In this document: in pieces, positions 1 through 10,421 of the stretch
Position numbering within the stretch: position 1 is the stretch's first letter
Layout of the letters: every line of letters starts with the position of its first letter
Origin: an uncultured Muribaculaceae bacterium
GTDB taxonomy: Bacteria > Bacillota_I > Bacilli_A > RF39 > UBA660
Direction: 5' to 3'
Assembly (NCBI GenBank): GCA_964438315.1
Contig: CAYTKH010000002.1
Location: 1-41,681 of the forward strand
Length of the DNA stretch: 41,681 nt
Notes under the pieces: model-generated
What the model was told of the DNA's origin: nothing
Databases searched by the model: none
The model's input: the letters and a program-made list of their open reading frames with translations, nothing else
Translations under genes and position numbers: made by a program

Positions 1-1
1 T

Positions 2-622
2 GTAGGAAATTATGTAGATAGTAGTATAACAAATGCGGTTAAGACATGTACATGGGAGACTACCTATTATAAAAGAACAGATACAACTTCTCACTGGAGT
101 GTATGGGATTTATATAGTACAGATATTTTATATTCAAAAAAATTTGAGGGATTTGCTCCTTATAGTAAATCGGTAGATGTTACTGTAAGTGGTGGTTGGT
201 TATCTAGATCCTATATACTTCCTGATACTATGACTTGTTTGATTTTGGGTATAAATATTCCTCAAAGAGATGTATATTGTGGTGTTGGGGTTAGTTATAA
301 GTCCAGTTATGGGGATAGGGCTGTGACAGTGACCGCAGATGAGTCTGGTTTTCTATTTGAATATAATACGGGGTATCATGTATCGTCAACGAATTTAATG
401 GTATATTTTCAGAGTATTAATCAATACTTTGGTTCAGTAGCTGTTCCAAGTACAGGTTGTTTCGACCCTATAAATGGATGTACAAATACTGTATCAATTA
501 TTTATCAAAGATGGTCTTCATCTTCAATAGGACAAGATAAAGTTTCTATTGGAAAAGATAGCAGTGTTTCGTCAATTGAATACAATGAGGTAATAACAGG
601 TTCAACTTCAAACTGTAGATAA
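2..622 (+). CDS. 3' end of an ORF running off the left edge; Ser/Thr/Gly/Tyr-rich hypothetical, probably secreted or surface protein
   Basis: Frame 2 is open from base 2 (VGNYVDSSITNAVKTCTWETTYYKRT...) into the tracked 230..622 ORF, so the Met at 230 is internal. A hairpin plus T-run follows. No family recognised. Confidence 0.5.
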   Translation, partial: VGNYVDSSITNAVKTCTWETTYYKRTDTTSHWSVWDLYSTDILYSKKFEGFAPYSKSVDVTVSGGWLSRSYILPDTMTCLILGINIPQRDVYCGVGVSYKSSYGDRAVTVTADESGFLFEYNTGYHVSSTNLMVYFQSINQYFGSVAVPSTGCFDPINGCTNTVSIIYQRWSSSSIGQDKVSIGKDSSVSSIEYNEVITGSTSNCR

Positions 623-649
623 AAGAATATCATAATGATGTTCTTTTTA
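622..649 (+). terminator. Rho-independent terminator after the partial ORF
   Basis: aaagaatatcat / atgatgttcttt inverted arms (one G:U pair) followed by tttt. Confidence 0.45.
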
Positions 650-698
650 TTATTATAAAGCTCTCATAATAAAAAAATAATACATTTTATGTACTATT

Positions 699-1154
699 TT
701 ATTTGTGATATGTTTCATTATTTATTATTTTGTAGCACCTATATATTTGTTCTAATAAGACTATTCTAAATAGTTGATGAGGTAATGTTAGTTTAGAAAA
801 GGATAGTTTAAAATTACTTAGTTTTTTAATGTCATCGTGTAATCCATAAGAACTACCTACAATAAAAACCATATTAGCATTGTGAATTTGAATATCCTCT
901 AATTTTTTAGATAAATCTAAAGAACTATACTGTGTACCATCAATTTCTAAAGTAATTATATAATCATCATTATTTATTCTTTTTAATATCAAATCTCTTT
1001 CTTTTTCCAAAATATCATTAATATTAGAAAAATTTTGGTCTTTCAACTCTATTATTTCCAATTTAGTATATTTTTGTATTCTTTTTAGATACTCGTCTAT
1101 AGCAAGAGAAAAATATTTTTCTTTAATCTTACCTAAACATATAATCTTAATCAT
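699..1154 (-). CDS. rlmH: 23S rRNA (pseudouridine1915-N3)-methyltransferase RlmH (SPOUT family)
   Basis: N-terminus MIKIICLGKIKEKYFSLAIDEYLKRIQKY and C-terminal LPHQLFRIVLLEQIYRCYKI are typical of RlmH. About 150 aa. Start overlaps the stop of the upstream MBL gene. Confidence 0.85.
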   Translation of the reverse strand: MIKIICLGKIKEKYFSLAIDEYLKRIQKYTKLEIIELKDQNFSNINDILEKERDLILKRINNDDYIITLEIDGTQYSSLDLSKKLEDIQIHNANMVFIVGSSYGLHDDIKKLSNFKLSFSKLTLPHQLFRIVLLEQIYRCYKIINNETYHK

Positions 1155-1924
1155 AAAGTGATAAGCTCCGATTTTTGATACTGATTTGCAATTTTTATAT
1201 TATCAAATTTAATATTATGATTTTTTAGTGTTTCTTTTAAAATGGACATAGCTAAATCAGGGTCATTATTTTCTTCACTTAAATGGGCTAAAAATATGAC
1301 TTTTGTTTTATCACCTATAAATTTTGATAGATAATAAGATGAATCTTTATTAGATAAGTGACCACTATCACTTAAAATTCTTTGTTTTAAATTATATGGG
1401 TAACTTCCATTCATAAGTTTATCCACATCGTGATTGCTTTCCATTATATAAACATTATGATTGGTAAGTTTTTCAAAATTTTGATTTTTTATATACCCAG
1501 TATCAGTCATATAAACTACTGATTTATCCATATATTTTACTATATAACCATTAGAATCAGGGGCATCATGTGAAGTTTTAATTACTTTGATTTCTAATTC
1601 ATCAATATAAAAATCACCATCAATTAAAACATAATTATCAATATTAAAATCATTAGATAAAATATCATACATTTTTTTTGTTAGATATAAAGTAGGATTA
1701 TATCTCTTTAAGAATACTTTTAAACCAGCTATATGGTCAGAATGAGTATGAGTGATTATTATGGCTTTTATATCATTGGGATTAACCATTAATTCCTGTA
1801 ACATGCTTGTTGCATAGGTAGTAGTAATGCCTAAATCGATTAAAATTTTAGTCTTAGGTCCTGCAATAAAAGTAGAATTACCTTTTGAACCACTTGCTAA
1901 AACACAAACCTGTAAATTATTCAT
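1151..1924 (-). CDS. MBL-fold metallo-hydrolase, YycJ/WalJ-like
   Basis: VCVLASGSKGNSTFI and the metal motif HTHSDH are present. The likely start is MNNLQVCVL (ATG at 1924) rather than the tracked 1948. It overlaps the dnaB stop by 8 nt. Confidence 0.75.
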   Translation of the reverse strand: MNNLQVCVLASGSKGNSTFIAGPKTKILIDLGITTTYATSMLQELMVNPNDIKAIIITHTHSDHIAGLKVFLKRYNPTLYLTKKMYDILSNDFNIDNYVLIDGDFYIDELEIKVIKTSHDAPDSNGYIVKYMDKSVVYMTDTGYIKNQNFEKLTNHNVYIMESNHDVDKLMNGSYPYNLKQRILSDSGHLSNKDSSYYLSKFIGDKTKVIFLAHLSEENNDPDLAMSILKETLKNHNIKFDNIKIANQYQKSELITL

Positions 1925-3266
1925 TTTCCACTTTCTCATCGTTATCAAAATTTATAAATGTTGATTTATCACGTTTAAATACTAAATTAACAGTTGTCGT
2001 AGGACCATTACGATGTTTTCTAATAATAAATTCACTTTTACTGGTATTCTCATCGATAGCTTTTGTTGGATCATAATAATCTTCCCTATATAAAAATGCT
2101 ACTATATCAGCATCTTGCTCAATAGAACCAGATTCTCTCAAGTCACTTAAAATAGGTCTTTTATCATCACGTGAATCGACACCACGAGAAAGTTGAGCAA
2201 GTGCTATAATAGGAATTTCCAACTCCATAGCTAAAGTTTTAAGCGATCTAGAAATTTCGGCTATTTCTTGTTGACGATTACCTGAATATCTAGAATTAAC
2301 ACTGATTAATTGTAAGTAGTCAATTATTATTACACCTAAATTTCCTTCGGCATACAATCTTCTAGCTTTAGCTCTTATTTCTCCTATAGAAATACCAGGA
2401 GTATCATCTATAAATATCTTTGTTTCAGCTAATCTACTCATAGCTTCATTTACCCTTTTCCAATCATTATTCTCTAACTTACCACTAGCTAATTTTCTAC
2501 CATCTATTTGTCCTACTGATGAAAGCATACGCATAGCAAGTTGTTCAGCAGGCATTTCAAGATTGAATATAGCTACTTTTTTATCAGTATCCATCGCTAT
2601 ATTAGTGGCAATATTAAGTGCAAAAGCCGTTTTACCCATTGAAGGTCTAGCTGCTATTATGATTAATTCATTTGGGTGTAATCCTGATGTAACATTATCA
2701 AGATGATTAAATCCAGTTGGTAAACCAGTAATTTTTCCTTTAGATTGTGATAACTTTTCTAAACTCGATTGAGTTTTTATTAAAACGTCTTGTATGCTTT
2801 GAAATTCTGATGCATTTCTTGTCTTACCTATATCCATAACAACTTTTTCAGCTTTATCTAGAAGTTCATCTAATGAATTAACCCAATTGTACCCATCTGT
2901 TTCAATAGCAATAGCAGTTTCAATTAATCTTCTTTTAATGGAATTTTCATTTACAATTCTAATATATTCTTCAACATTTGCAGCACTAGGTACAATAGAT
3001 GTTAATTCTGTTATATATTCAACACCACCAACTTGATTTAATATCTTTCTTTTTTCAAGTTCTGATGTAACTATTGTCATATCAATTGGCTTATTTTGTT
3101 CTGCTAACTCTTTAATTACTTCAAATATTTTGCTATGACTATCTAGATAGAAACTTTCTTTTGTTAATGATTCTGTACACTTTGTTAAAGCTTTTCTAGA
3201 CATGAACATAGCTCCTAAAACTGATTGTTCAGCTCCTATATCATGTGGCATATTTTTGCTATTCAT
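1917..3266 (-). CDS. dnaB: Replicative DNA helicase (DnaB family; called DnaC in Bacillus)
   Basis: N-terminal PHDIGAEQSVLGAMF, Walker A ARPSMGKTAFALNIA, IIDYLQLI and the C-terminal RNGPT motif. Classic rplI-dnaB adjacency. Confidence 0.95.
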   Translation of the reverse strand: MNSKNMPHDIGAEQSVLGAMFMSRKALTKCTESLTKESFYLDSHSKIFEVIKELAEQNKPIDMTIVTSELEKRKILNQVGGVEYITELTSIVPSAANVEEYIRIVNENSIKRRLIETAIAIETDGYNWVNSLDELLDKAEKVVMDIGKTRNASEFQSIQDVLIKTQSSLEKLSQSKGKITGLPTGFNHLDNVTSGLHPNELIIIAARPSMGKTAFALNIATNIAMDTDKKVAIFNLEMPAEQLAMRMLSSVGQIDGRKLASGKLENNDWKRVNEAMSRLAETKIFIDDTPGISIGEIRAKARRLYAEGNLGVIIIDYLQLISVNSRYSGNRQQEIAEISRSLKTLAMELEIPIIALAQLSRGVDSRDDKRPILSDLRESGSIEQDADIVAFLYREDYYDPTKAIDENTSKSEFIIRKHRNGPTTTVNLVFKRDKSTFINFDNDEKVENE

Positions 3267-3269
3267 AAC

Positions 3270-3710
3270 TCACTTCCTTACTTCTATTCTTATACATGCG
3301 GTAACCTGCTTATGTAATTCTATATTTACATTATGGAATCCTAACGATGAGATAGGGTTATTTAATTTTATTTTGTTTTTATCGATATTATATCCTTTAT
3401 TAGATAATTCCTGTTTAATTTGTTTAATAGATATTTGTCCAAATACTTTATCATGTTCTCCTGTTTTTGCTTTAAATATAAATTTATCGTTTTCTAATTT
3501 CTTTTTTAAATCCTCCATTTCTTTTATTAGGAGTGATTCTTCTAATCTATCTGTTTCTAATTTATTATTCAAATTTTTTATGTTTTTTTCATCAGCTTTC
3601 ATTGCATATCCTTTTTTAATTAAGAAGTTTATTGCATAACCATCACTTACTTCTTTGATTTCATTTCTTTTTCCTTGTTTTTTTACATCTGTTAAAAATA
3701 TTACTTTCAT
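3270..3710 (-). CDS. rplI: 50S ribosomal protein L9
   Basis: [36 protein letters not shown] is a typical L9 N-domain. 146 aa, immediately upstream of dnaB. Confidence 0.9.
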   Translation of the reverse strand: MKVIFLTDVKKQGKRNEIKEVSDGYAINFLIKKGYAMKADEKNIKNLNNKLETDRLEESLLIKEMEDLKKKLENDKFIFKAKTGEHDKVFGQISIKQIKQELSNKGYNIDKNKIKLNNPISSLGFHNVNIELHKQVTACIRIEVRK

Positions 3711-3780
3711 TATTTCACCTTCTTCTAATTTGTATTATAGCACATTATCGATTTATTTGATAAAGTTATAAAAATTTTTA

Positions 3781-4695
3781 TCAATTATTTTTATTTCTGA
3801 TGTTATTTGCAAGTTTTTTAATTTTATCAAATCTATGATGTAACCCTGATTTTGTAATCTCATTTCCTGTTTCTAAGCTGATAATTAAACTTAAATCTAG
3901 TAGTGATTCTTCTGGGTATTTTAGTCTATATATGGCGGCTTCTTTGGTTTTTTCATCCAATAGATCTAGTCCGCCTATACTCTTAATTAATTCAATATCT
4001 TTAACTTGATTATTAGCTGTTTCGATAATTTTATTTATGTTGGCTTGTTCACAATTATTTAATCTATTTGTCATATTTTTATGATCTCTATATATTCTTA
4101 TATCTTCAAAGTAAAAAAGCGATTCAGTGGCATTTATTATTCTTAAAAAGTCACCAATTTTTTCAGCTTCTTTAACATATACCATATATTTGTTATCTTT
4201 TTTTATGATTTTACTATTCAATCTAAAATTATTTAATAGTGTTGATACAAAGTTAGCATAGTATTTGTCGTTTACAAAGAATTCAAGATGATATCTAGAT
4301 TTTGATGGATCATTGATACTACCTGATCCCATAAATAATCCTCTTATATATGCTCTTTTGCTTTCTTCATCATCAATAATGTATAAATCAGGAATACTTT
4401 TTTTAATATTCAAATCTTCTATTATGTAATCAATTTTATTTTTTATTTCTAATATATAGATATAGCTTTTATTAAAATTAAAGCCTCTTCTTATTGTTAT
4501 TTTGGGTGTTACTTGATATTTCCTTTTTACTAGATTGAATATTCTTCTTGCGACACTCGCATTTTCTGTTGATACTTTTATCTTATCACTTATTGTGCTA
4601 GTGGTTTTTAATAAAGCTGATAATTCAGCTATAACATCAATATCTGTGATTTCTAGTTTACTTATTTCATTTTTTACATTACTTGTAAATGACAT
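3781..4695 (-). CDS. whiA: DNA-binding sporulation/cell-division regulator WhiA
   Basis: MSFTSNVKNEISK start, degenerate LAGLIDADG-like YIRGLFMGSGSINDP, and a C-terminal HTH region (ITKSGLHHRFDKIKKLA). About 300 aa. Confidence 0.85.
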   Translation of the reverse strand: MSFTSNVKNEISKLEITDIDVIAELSALLKTTSTISDKIKVSTENASVARRIFNLVKRKYQVTPKITIRRGFNFNKSYIYILEIKNKIDYIIEDLNIKKSIPDLYIIDDEESKRAYIRGLFMGSGSINDPSKSRYHLEFFVNDKYYANFVSTLLNNFRLNSKIIKKDNKYMVYVKEAEKIGDFLRIINATESLFYFEDIRIYRDHKNMTNRLNNCEQANINKIIETANNQVKDIELIKSIGGLDLLDEKTKEAAIYRLKYPEESLLDLSLIISLETGNEITKSGLHHRFDKIKKLANNIRNKNN

Positions 4696-4777
4696 AATTC
4701 ACCTCTTTAGAATATAATCTATGGATATATTGTACCATAATCGAAATGGTATATAAATACCTCATCAAAAAATAGTT

Positions 4778-5194
4778 CTATTTTTTAGAACTACTCTTTT
4801 TAGATGTTGTTTTAGGGTTTTTCTTTTTCATCTCATCACGAATTTCTTTTAAAATAGATATTTCAGTTTCTACCACTACTTCTTTAACTTCATCCTTTTT
4901 ATGACCTAATTTAGATAGTTTATTGATACATTTTACAAAAATGAATACACAGAATGCAACAATTAAAAAGTCAATAACATTTTGAATAAACATTCCATAA
5001 CATATTTTAGCATCACCTATCTTAAGTGAAAGACTACTAAAATCAATTCCTCCAAGTATAGTACCTATAATTGGCATTAATATATCGTTAACTAATGATG
5101 ATACGATGCTACTAAAAGCTCCCCCTATAATAACACCTACTGCTAAATCGACAACATTTCCTCTTGAGATAAACTCTTTAAATTCTTTAATCAT
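4778..5194 (-). CDS. mscL: Large-conductance mechanosensitive channel MscL
   Basis: [44 protein letters not shown] is the MscL signature. A GGAGG sits 7 nt upstream of the ATG at 5194, so the tracked start at 5248 is too long. Confidence 0.9.
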   Translation of the reverse strand: MIKEFKEFISRGNVVDLAVGVIIGGAFSSIVSSLVNDILMPIIGTILGGIDFSSLSLKIGDAKICYGMFIQNVIDFLIVAFCVFIFVKCINKLSKLGHKKDEVKEVVVETEISILKEIRDEMKKKNPKTTSKKSSSKK

Positions 5195-5301
5195 ACTATC
5201 CTCCAGTAGAATTATAGCACATTTATAAATTTTCATAAATATGTGCATTAATAATTTACATAATTATTTATTATACATAGATATTAATAGGAGGTGATTA
5301 C

Positions 5302-6192
5302 ATGTTTAAAGGTATAGATGTATCAAGCTATCAAGGTAAAATAGACTGGGAGGATGTTAAAAGGTATATTGATTTTGCTATTATTCGTTTGGGATATGGT
5401 AATAATGTAATTAGTCAAGATGATTCACGTTATGAAGAAAATAGTAGGGAATGTGAAAGACTAAATATTCCTTATGGTGTTTATTTATATAGTTATGCTA
5501 CTAATTTAAGTATGATAGAAAGCGAAGTAAGACATACGCTACGTTTGATTAAAGATAAGAAATTAGAATATCCTATTTTTATAGATATTGAAGATAGAAG
5601 TCAACTTAGGTTACCTAAAGATGAATTAGTTAATATTGTTAAATATTATTGTGAAAAGATAGAGGAAGCTGGATATTATGTTGGTATCTATGCAAGTTTA
5701 AACACTTTGAATACTATTTTGGACTCTTCAATCTTAGATAGGTATGATAAATGGGTAGCTGAATGGGGCAAAGATTTTAATTATAAAGGTGAAAGTGGTA
5801 TGTGGCAATATACTGATAATGAGGTAATACCAGGTATAAAAACTAGGGTTGATGGGGATAAGGCTTTTTATAATTACCCTGAAATAATTCGTAAAAATGG
5901 ATTAAATCATTTAGATGATACGGTAAATTTAAAGTATAGTAAGGGTGATACTGTATATTTAAATGGCACATTATATAGGAATAAAGATGGTAAAGAGGAA
6001 ATTAGAAATTACCGTAACAAAAAGGTAGTTATAGAAGATACTGATAATCAAAAAGGGACAGTTGCTCCTTATAAGTTAAATATTAATGGTTATTCTAAGG
6101 AAGATGATTTATCTGATAGTAAGATTAAATATGATAGTAAATTAAAAATAATCATTGAGTGTATAAAAAAAGCTTTTAATACAAAAAAATAA
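5302..6192 (+). CDS. GH25 family lysozyme/muramidase with a C-terminal SH3-like targeting region
   Basis: GIDVSSYQGKIDWEDVKRYIDFAIIRLGYG and FIDIED match the GH25 catalytic region. AGGAGG SD upstream. Confidence 0.85.
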   Translation: MFKGIDVSSYQGKIDWEDVKRYIDFAIIRLGYGNNVISQDDSRYEENSRECERLNIPYGVYLYSYATNLSMIESEVRHTLRLIKDKKLEYPIFIDIEDRSQLRLPKDELVNIVKYYCEKIEEAGYYVGIYASLNTLNTILDSSILDRYDKWVAEWGKDFNYKGESGMWQYTDNEVIPGIKTRVDGDKAFYNYPEIIRKNGLNHLDDTVNLKYSKGDTVYLNGTLYRNKDGKEEIRNYRNKKVVIEDTDNQKGTVAPYKLNINGYSKEDDLSDSKIKYDSKLKIIIECIKKAFNTKK

Positions 6193-6316
6193 TATTGATT
6201 TTTCAATTATATTATAATTTTATGATAGTTTATTTATCAACATGTTATTTGATATAATAGTTGATACTTTTTATGGATAAACATGGTATTATAGTAAATA
6301 GGGTAAGTAGGTAATT

Positions 6317-6457
6317 ATGAGTATAGAAGTTGATGAACAAGTAATAAAAAAATTAAATGGTTCTACGGAATATGAAATTGAAAGACCAAAACTAGAAAGT
6401 ATATCTTCTATTTCTGGTTCGAAATCAGTAATGGATGAATTTATGAAAAAGTTTTAA
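6317..6457 (+). CDS. Small acidic hypothetical protein (46 aa), not in the ORF track
   Basis: ATG at 6317 gives MSIEVDEQVIKKLNGSTEYEIERPKLESISSISGSKSVMDEFMKKF. An extended -10 (TGgTATTAT, 6284-6292) lies upstream and the terminator at 6537-6565 downstream. No homology recognised. Confidence 0.3.
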   Translation: MSIEVDEQVIKKLNGSTEYEIERPKLESISSISGSKSVMDEFMKKF

Positions 6458-6536
6458 ATTTATCAATTATTCATGAAGATTTAGATTCAAGTTTTAAGGA
6501 ACCAATAAAAGTAAAAAAATAGGATTTTAAAATGAT

Positions 6537-6565
6537 AAAAGTAGCGGAATTATTTGCTACTTTTT
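6537..6565. terminator. Bidirectional intrinsic terminator
   Basis: aaaaGTAGC-ggaattattt-GCTACttttt: A-run before and T-run after, lying between convergent units. Confidence 0.5.
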
Positions 6566-6591
6566 AATAATCAAAAATTTATTTTAATTTT

Positions 6592-7209
6592 TTAAATATT
6601 ATTTATATATTTACTAATAATACCATTTATACTATTCACTTTCTCATGTAAAAAGGTAATTCCATATAAAATTGAACCTAGTAGTGCTACAATCATATCT
6701 TTCATTGTATCATCAACACCTGTTGTAAGAACATTTTGAGCATCGGCATTAAATATTTTATCACTTGTAAATTCAAATATTTCCCATGAAACTGCTACTA
6801 AACTAGAACATGCTATTATAAATAGGAAACATATGATATGATTTTTATTGTTATATATTTTTGTTTTAATTATTAAATAATTTGCAATTATTGCAACTAA
6901 TATGCCACTTAAAAAATGAATAAATGTATCCCACCAGTATATTTTGTGATATAAGTCGACTACTGAACCTAAAAAATGTGCCATAAAAATGAATATAATA
7001 TATATTAACTTTAAACTATCAGGTAGTTTAGTTTTAGATATTTTTTCTATTATATTAGGTATTAACATTGTTAATACGATTGTAAATTTAATTAATACTC
7101 CATATATATTCTTATCCTGTAATAATGGGATACTATAGTATAGAGAACCTATGATTGATATAATTATAATAAGCCTACTCAGTAATTTCATCTTTATCCT
7201 CCATTTCAA
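6592..7209 (-). CDS. Multi-pass membrane protein, tentatively YjdF/DUF2238-like
   Basis: Five to six hydrophobic segments. YWWDTFIHFLSG and WEIFEF...DTMKDMIVALLGS resemble DUF2238 motifs as I remember them. The start may be MKLLSRL at 7191. Overlaps the rmuC stop. Confidence 0.5.
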   Translation of the reverse strand: MKWRIKMKLLSRLIIIISIIGSLYYSIPLLQDKNIYGVLIKFTIVLTMLIPNIIEKISKTKLPDSLKLIYIIFIFMAHFLGSVVDLYHKIYWWDTFIHFLSGILVAIIANYLIIKTKIYNNKNHIICFLFIIACSSLVAVSWEIFEFTSDKIFNADAQNVLTTGVDDTMKDMIVALLGSILYGITFLHEKVNSINGIISKYINNI

Positions 7210-8242
7210 CTTGATTTATACTATTAAAACGCTTTGTTATTTTTTCACCAGTTGTGTGTAGTAATTTAACCTCTTCGCTTACTGTATCAATATTTTTAGC
7301 AAGTTTATTCCAGCGATCTTTATATCTTCTAAATTCCTCCCCCAAAAGTTTTAATTCACTTTGAATTATACTTGCATATTTATTTCTTTCAACATCTTTA
7401 ATCATAAGTTGCAGTGTCGTTAATGTGCTAATTAGGGTAGTTGGACTTGTAATCATAACTTTTTTTTCGTAAGCATAATCTATTATATTAGTATGATATG
7501 CAACTACTTCAGCAAATATAGCTTCTGCTGGTAAAAATAGTATTGCTTGATTAGCTGTAATACCAGGAATAATATATTTATTTGATATATCATCGATGTG
7601 TTTTTTCATATCGTTTACAAATCTTTTTTCTGCACTTATTCTAGCCTCTTTAGTCCCGTTTTTATCAATCATTATTCTATAATTCTCAAGCGGGAATTTG
7701 GAATCTATACCTATCATTCCTAGATTATTTGGTCCAAATAAAATGCAATCTACTTTTGTTTTATTAGGTAGTTCATATTGCATTTTATATATTTGTTCGT
7801 TATCCCCAAATATGTTATTCATAATATGGTATAAGTTTATCTCCCCAAAAGTTCCTCTAGATTTTTTATCGATTAAAATACTTTGTAATGATACAATATC
7901 GGTAGATAAATTATCTATTTTCTTTTGTGCTTCATCGATTTTTGATAACCTTTCAAGTACGTTTGTAAAGGTTTTATTTGTCTTTTCAAAGTTTTGATCT
8001 AGTCTTTCATTGACTTTTTCATTAATCAGGTTTAATCGATACTCAATTTTATCATTTAAAGAAGTGAAATCCTCATTTAATGTTCTAATTAAACTAGATT
8101 TAAATTCACTTAATTCTTTAATCATATTTGTCTCAATTTCACTTATTTTTAAAGCTGTATCAGCTTCGCTTTTTCCTTTAAATAAAATTATGATAACTAT
8201 TATTAAAATTGCTATCAAGATACTAAGTAATACATATTCCAT
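7175..8242 (-). CDS. rmuC: DNA recombination protein RmuC
   Basis: N-terminal TM segment, long coiled coil, then RGTFGEINLYHIM...VDCILF...IDSKFPLENY, typical of the RmuC nuclease-like domain. Confidence 0.85.
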   Translation of the reverse strand: MEYVLLSILIAILIIVIIILFKGKSEADTALKISEIETNMIKELSEFKSSLIRTLNEDFTSLNDKIEYRLNLINEKVNERLDQNFEKTNKTFTNVLERLSKIDEAQKKIDNLSTDIVSLQSILIDKKSRGTFGEINLYHIMNNIFGDNEQIYKMQYELPNKTKVDCILFGPNNLGMIGIDSKFPLENYRIMIDKNGTKEARISAEKRFVNDMKKHIDDISNKYIIPGITANQAILFLPAEAIFAEVVAYHTNIIDYAYEKKVMITSPTTLISTLTTLQLMIKDVERNKYASIIQSELKLLGEEFRRYKDRWNKLAKNIDTVSEEVKLLHTTGEKITKRFNSINQVEMEDKDEITE

Positions 8243-8255
8243 AATTCCTCCTATT

Positions 8256-8843
8256 TTAACATATCTTAAATTTGTTCATGAATATTTTGGATGCTAAGTA
8301 AGATATAATCAGTATTGCAGTTATATTTATTAACGAGTATGGATTGGTTATGCTCTCTAGTAGTGTTGTTCCTACATACCCCCAAAAGTAGATCATCGGT
8401 AGTTTTGCTATTAAACAAGCCAATATGAATTTTTTATAGTCCATTTTGGAAATTCCACATGCAATATTTATTGAAAAAGCTGGTGTAAATGGAAAAGTTA
8501 ATAACATAACTAAGGTAGAAAATTTAAGGTTATTTACTTTATATATAAGATTTCGTGCTTTTTTATTATCCTTGAATTTATTATAGAAATAGTCGCCCAA
8601 TACTGTCTTAAAGAAAGTATAGCTTGTTATACAACCTACTAATGTTCCTATATAAGAAATTAATATACCTGTTATATTGCCGAATAAAATAACATTTATT
8701 GCTACAAAGGCACATAGTGGTAGTGCAGGTATAATAGATTCTATAAATACTAGTAATACACCAAGTGACATACTTATAAATATTGGATATGAATACATTG
8801 TCTCTTTTAATAAACCTATAATATCATTAATAACCACAATCAT
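8256..8843 (-). CDS. TVP38/TMEM64 (DedA-related, SNARE-associated) family membrane protein
   Basis: FIESIIPALPLCAFVAINVILFGNITGILISYIGTLVGCITSYTFFK matches the family core. About 195 aa with 5 TM segments. Confidence 0.75.
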   Translation of the reverse strand: MIVVINDIIGLLKETMYSYPIFISMSLGVLLVFIESIIPALPLCAFVAINVILFGNITGILISYIGTLVGCITSYTFFKTVLGDYFYNKFKDNKKARNLIYKVNNLKFSTLVMLLTFPFTPAFSINIACGISKMDYKKFILACLIAKLPMIYFWGYVGTTLLESITNPYSLINITAILIISYLASKIFMNKFKIC

Positions 8844-8900
8844 ATTATATCACTCTCTTTCTATTATATCATTATGTAAGAAAAAAAGCTTTAATATTCA

Positions 8901-9326
8901 TTAAAACTTCCATAAATCGTCATCAATATCGTTTAGTGTTGCTTCATCCGTATCGCCAACTAATATTTCTTCATCATCTAAAAGTTCACCAAAGTCTTTA
9001 TCGATATTTAAGTTTTCCTTTTTTGGTTTTTCTATAGTGTCATTAACTTTTTCTATCTCTTCATTACTTTCATTGATATCTATTTTGTCATTATTCTTGT
9101 CTATTTCTGGTTCTTTATAAGTATCTTCAATTTCATTATTATTTTCGATTATTTTTTCATGACCTATATCGTCGATAATGCTATTTTCAATTGTTATATC
9201 GCTTTTATTTTTAGAAGTAAAACCACTTTTTTCAGCAACATAGCCTATTATCGCCATAGCGATTATAACTGATATTGCAATAATTAATACTGCATTATTG
9301 TTGATAAATTCAAATATCCCATCCAT
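8901..9326 (-). CDS. Hypothetical single-pass membrane protein with a highly acidic tail
   Basis: One N-terminal TM segment (AVLIIAISVIIAMAIIGYV) followed by a D/E/N/I-rich low-complexity tail. GGAGG SD. No family recognised. Confidence 0.5.
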   Translation of the reverse strand: MDGIFEFINNNAVLIIAISVIIAMAIIGYVAEKSGFTSKNKSDITIENSIIDDIGHEKIIENNNEIEDTYKEPEIDKNNDKIDINESNEEIEKVNDTIEKPKKENLNIDKDFGELLDDEEILVGDTDEATLNDIDDDLWKF

Positions 9327-9376
9327 CTTATTTCCTCCTTATTCTTTAACTACTATATAAGCATACCAAATTTTTA

Positions 9377-9883
9377 TCATTTTATCAAGTAATCTTCACC
9401 TTTAAATGTTTCAACTTTAGATAATCCATCATAATTTCTTTGTCTTAATGCTTCATATATCATAATTGCGACCGTATTTGATAGATTAAGTGCTCTAATG
9501 TTACCATTCATGGGCATTCTCATACAGTAATTTAAATTTTCTTTTAATATTTCTTTTGGAATACCAGTACTTTCTTTTCCAAATATAAAGTAAATATTTT
9601 CATTTTTTTTACTATAGTCAAACGAAGTATGTGGCTTATTTCCATATCTCGTTAAAAAATAGTATGTACCTTTGTTTAATTTCTTAAATTCTTCAAAATT
9701 TTTATATACCTTATATTCGCAATATTCTATGTAGTTAACCCCACTTCTTTTTATGCTAGCTTCATCTAGTTTAAATCCCAGTGGTTCAATTAAATGTAGT
9801 TTGACATTAGTACCAGCACATGTACGCATTATATTGCCAGTATTTCCAGGTATTTCTGGTTCATATAGTACAACATTTAACAT
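9377..9883 (-). CDS. trmL: tRNA (cytidine/uridine(34)-2'-O)-methyltransferase TrmL (SpoU/TrmH family)
   Basis: MLNVVLYEPEIPGNTGNIMRTCAGT...LHLIEPLGF and the C-terminal NLSNTVAIMIYEALRQ are TrmL/YibK signatures. Confidence 0.85.
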   Translation of the reverse strand: MLNVVLYEPEIPGNTGNIMRTCAGTNVKLHLIEPLGFKLDEASIKRSGVNYIEYCEYKVYKNFEEFKKLNKGTYYFLTRYGNKPHTSFDYSKKNENIYFIFGKESTGIPKEILKENLNYCMRMPMNGNIRALNLSNTVAIMIYEALRQRNYDGLSKVETFKGEDYLIK

Positions 9884-10404
9884 TATAGTGTATCCTCTAC
9901 ATATTTTGTTAAATATTTTTTAACATCTTCCATGTTTATTGTTTTTTCTTTATTGTACATTATAGATACTATTTTACCGTTTTCAACAATCATCATATTA
10001 GGGTCATTTATAAGTTCTATCTTATTATTTTTTAATTCCTCACTAAAATATTTTGTTTTTAATTTGTTAAGAAAGTTTTTAGATATATCATTCAGATTTA
10101 TATAAATTAATTCTTTTCCTAATTGTTCTTTTAAAACGTATTTTTTAAGTTCTGTTTCAAAATTTTCTAATGAATTATCAGCACTTGATGCCATATATAT
10201 TACGACTTCTCTATTTTCCATTAAATAGCTGTCTAATTCTTTTTCTTTAATTTCGAATATAAAATCTATTCTTTTATTAGTTACCCTATCATAACTAATC
10301 TGTTTTAAGTATTTTTCTCTAATAAAAAATACTGAAAAAAGTGTTGCTACAATTATTACTACTAAAATAAAATAATTTTTTTTAGGTATTACTCTCATAG
10401 ACAC
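9883..10404 (-). CDS. Hypothetical membrane-anchored protein (thioredoxin-fold-like, no CxxC)
   Basis: N-terminal TM segment (YFILVVIIVATLFSVFFI) then a ~140-aa soluble domain. Its stop overlaps the trmL start (TAATG). Confidence 0.5.
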   Translation of the reverse strand: MSMRVIPKKNYFILVVIIVATLFSVFFIREKYLKQISYDRVTNKRIDFIFEIKEKELDSYLMENREVVIYMASSADNSLENFETELKKYVLKEQLGKELIYINLNDISKNFLNKLKTKYFSEELKNNKIELINDPNMMIVENGKIVSIMYNKEKTINMEDVKKYLTKYVEDTL

Positions 10405-10421
10405 CTTCCATTCTCATAACA

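Noticed and set aside
3781-4695. whiA lies next to rplI/mscL rather than in the usual rapZ-yvcK-whiA arrangement
   Set aside because: This is a true observation within the window but probably a lineage-specific synteny difference. Nothing in the sequence suggests functional novelty.
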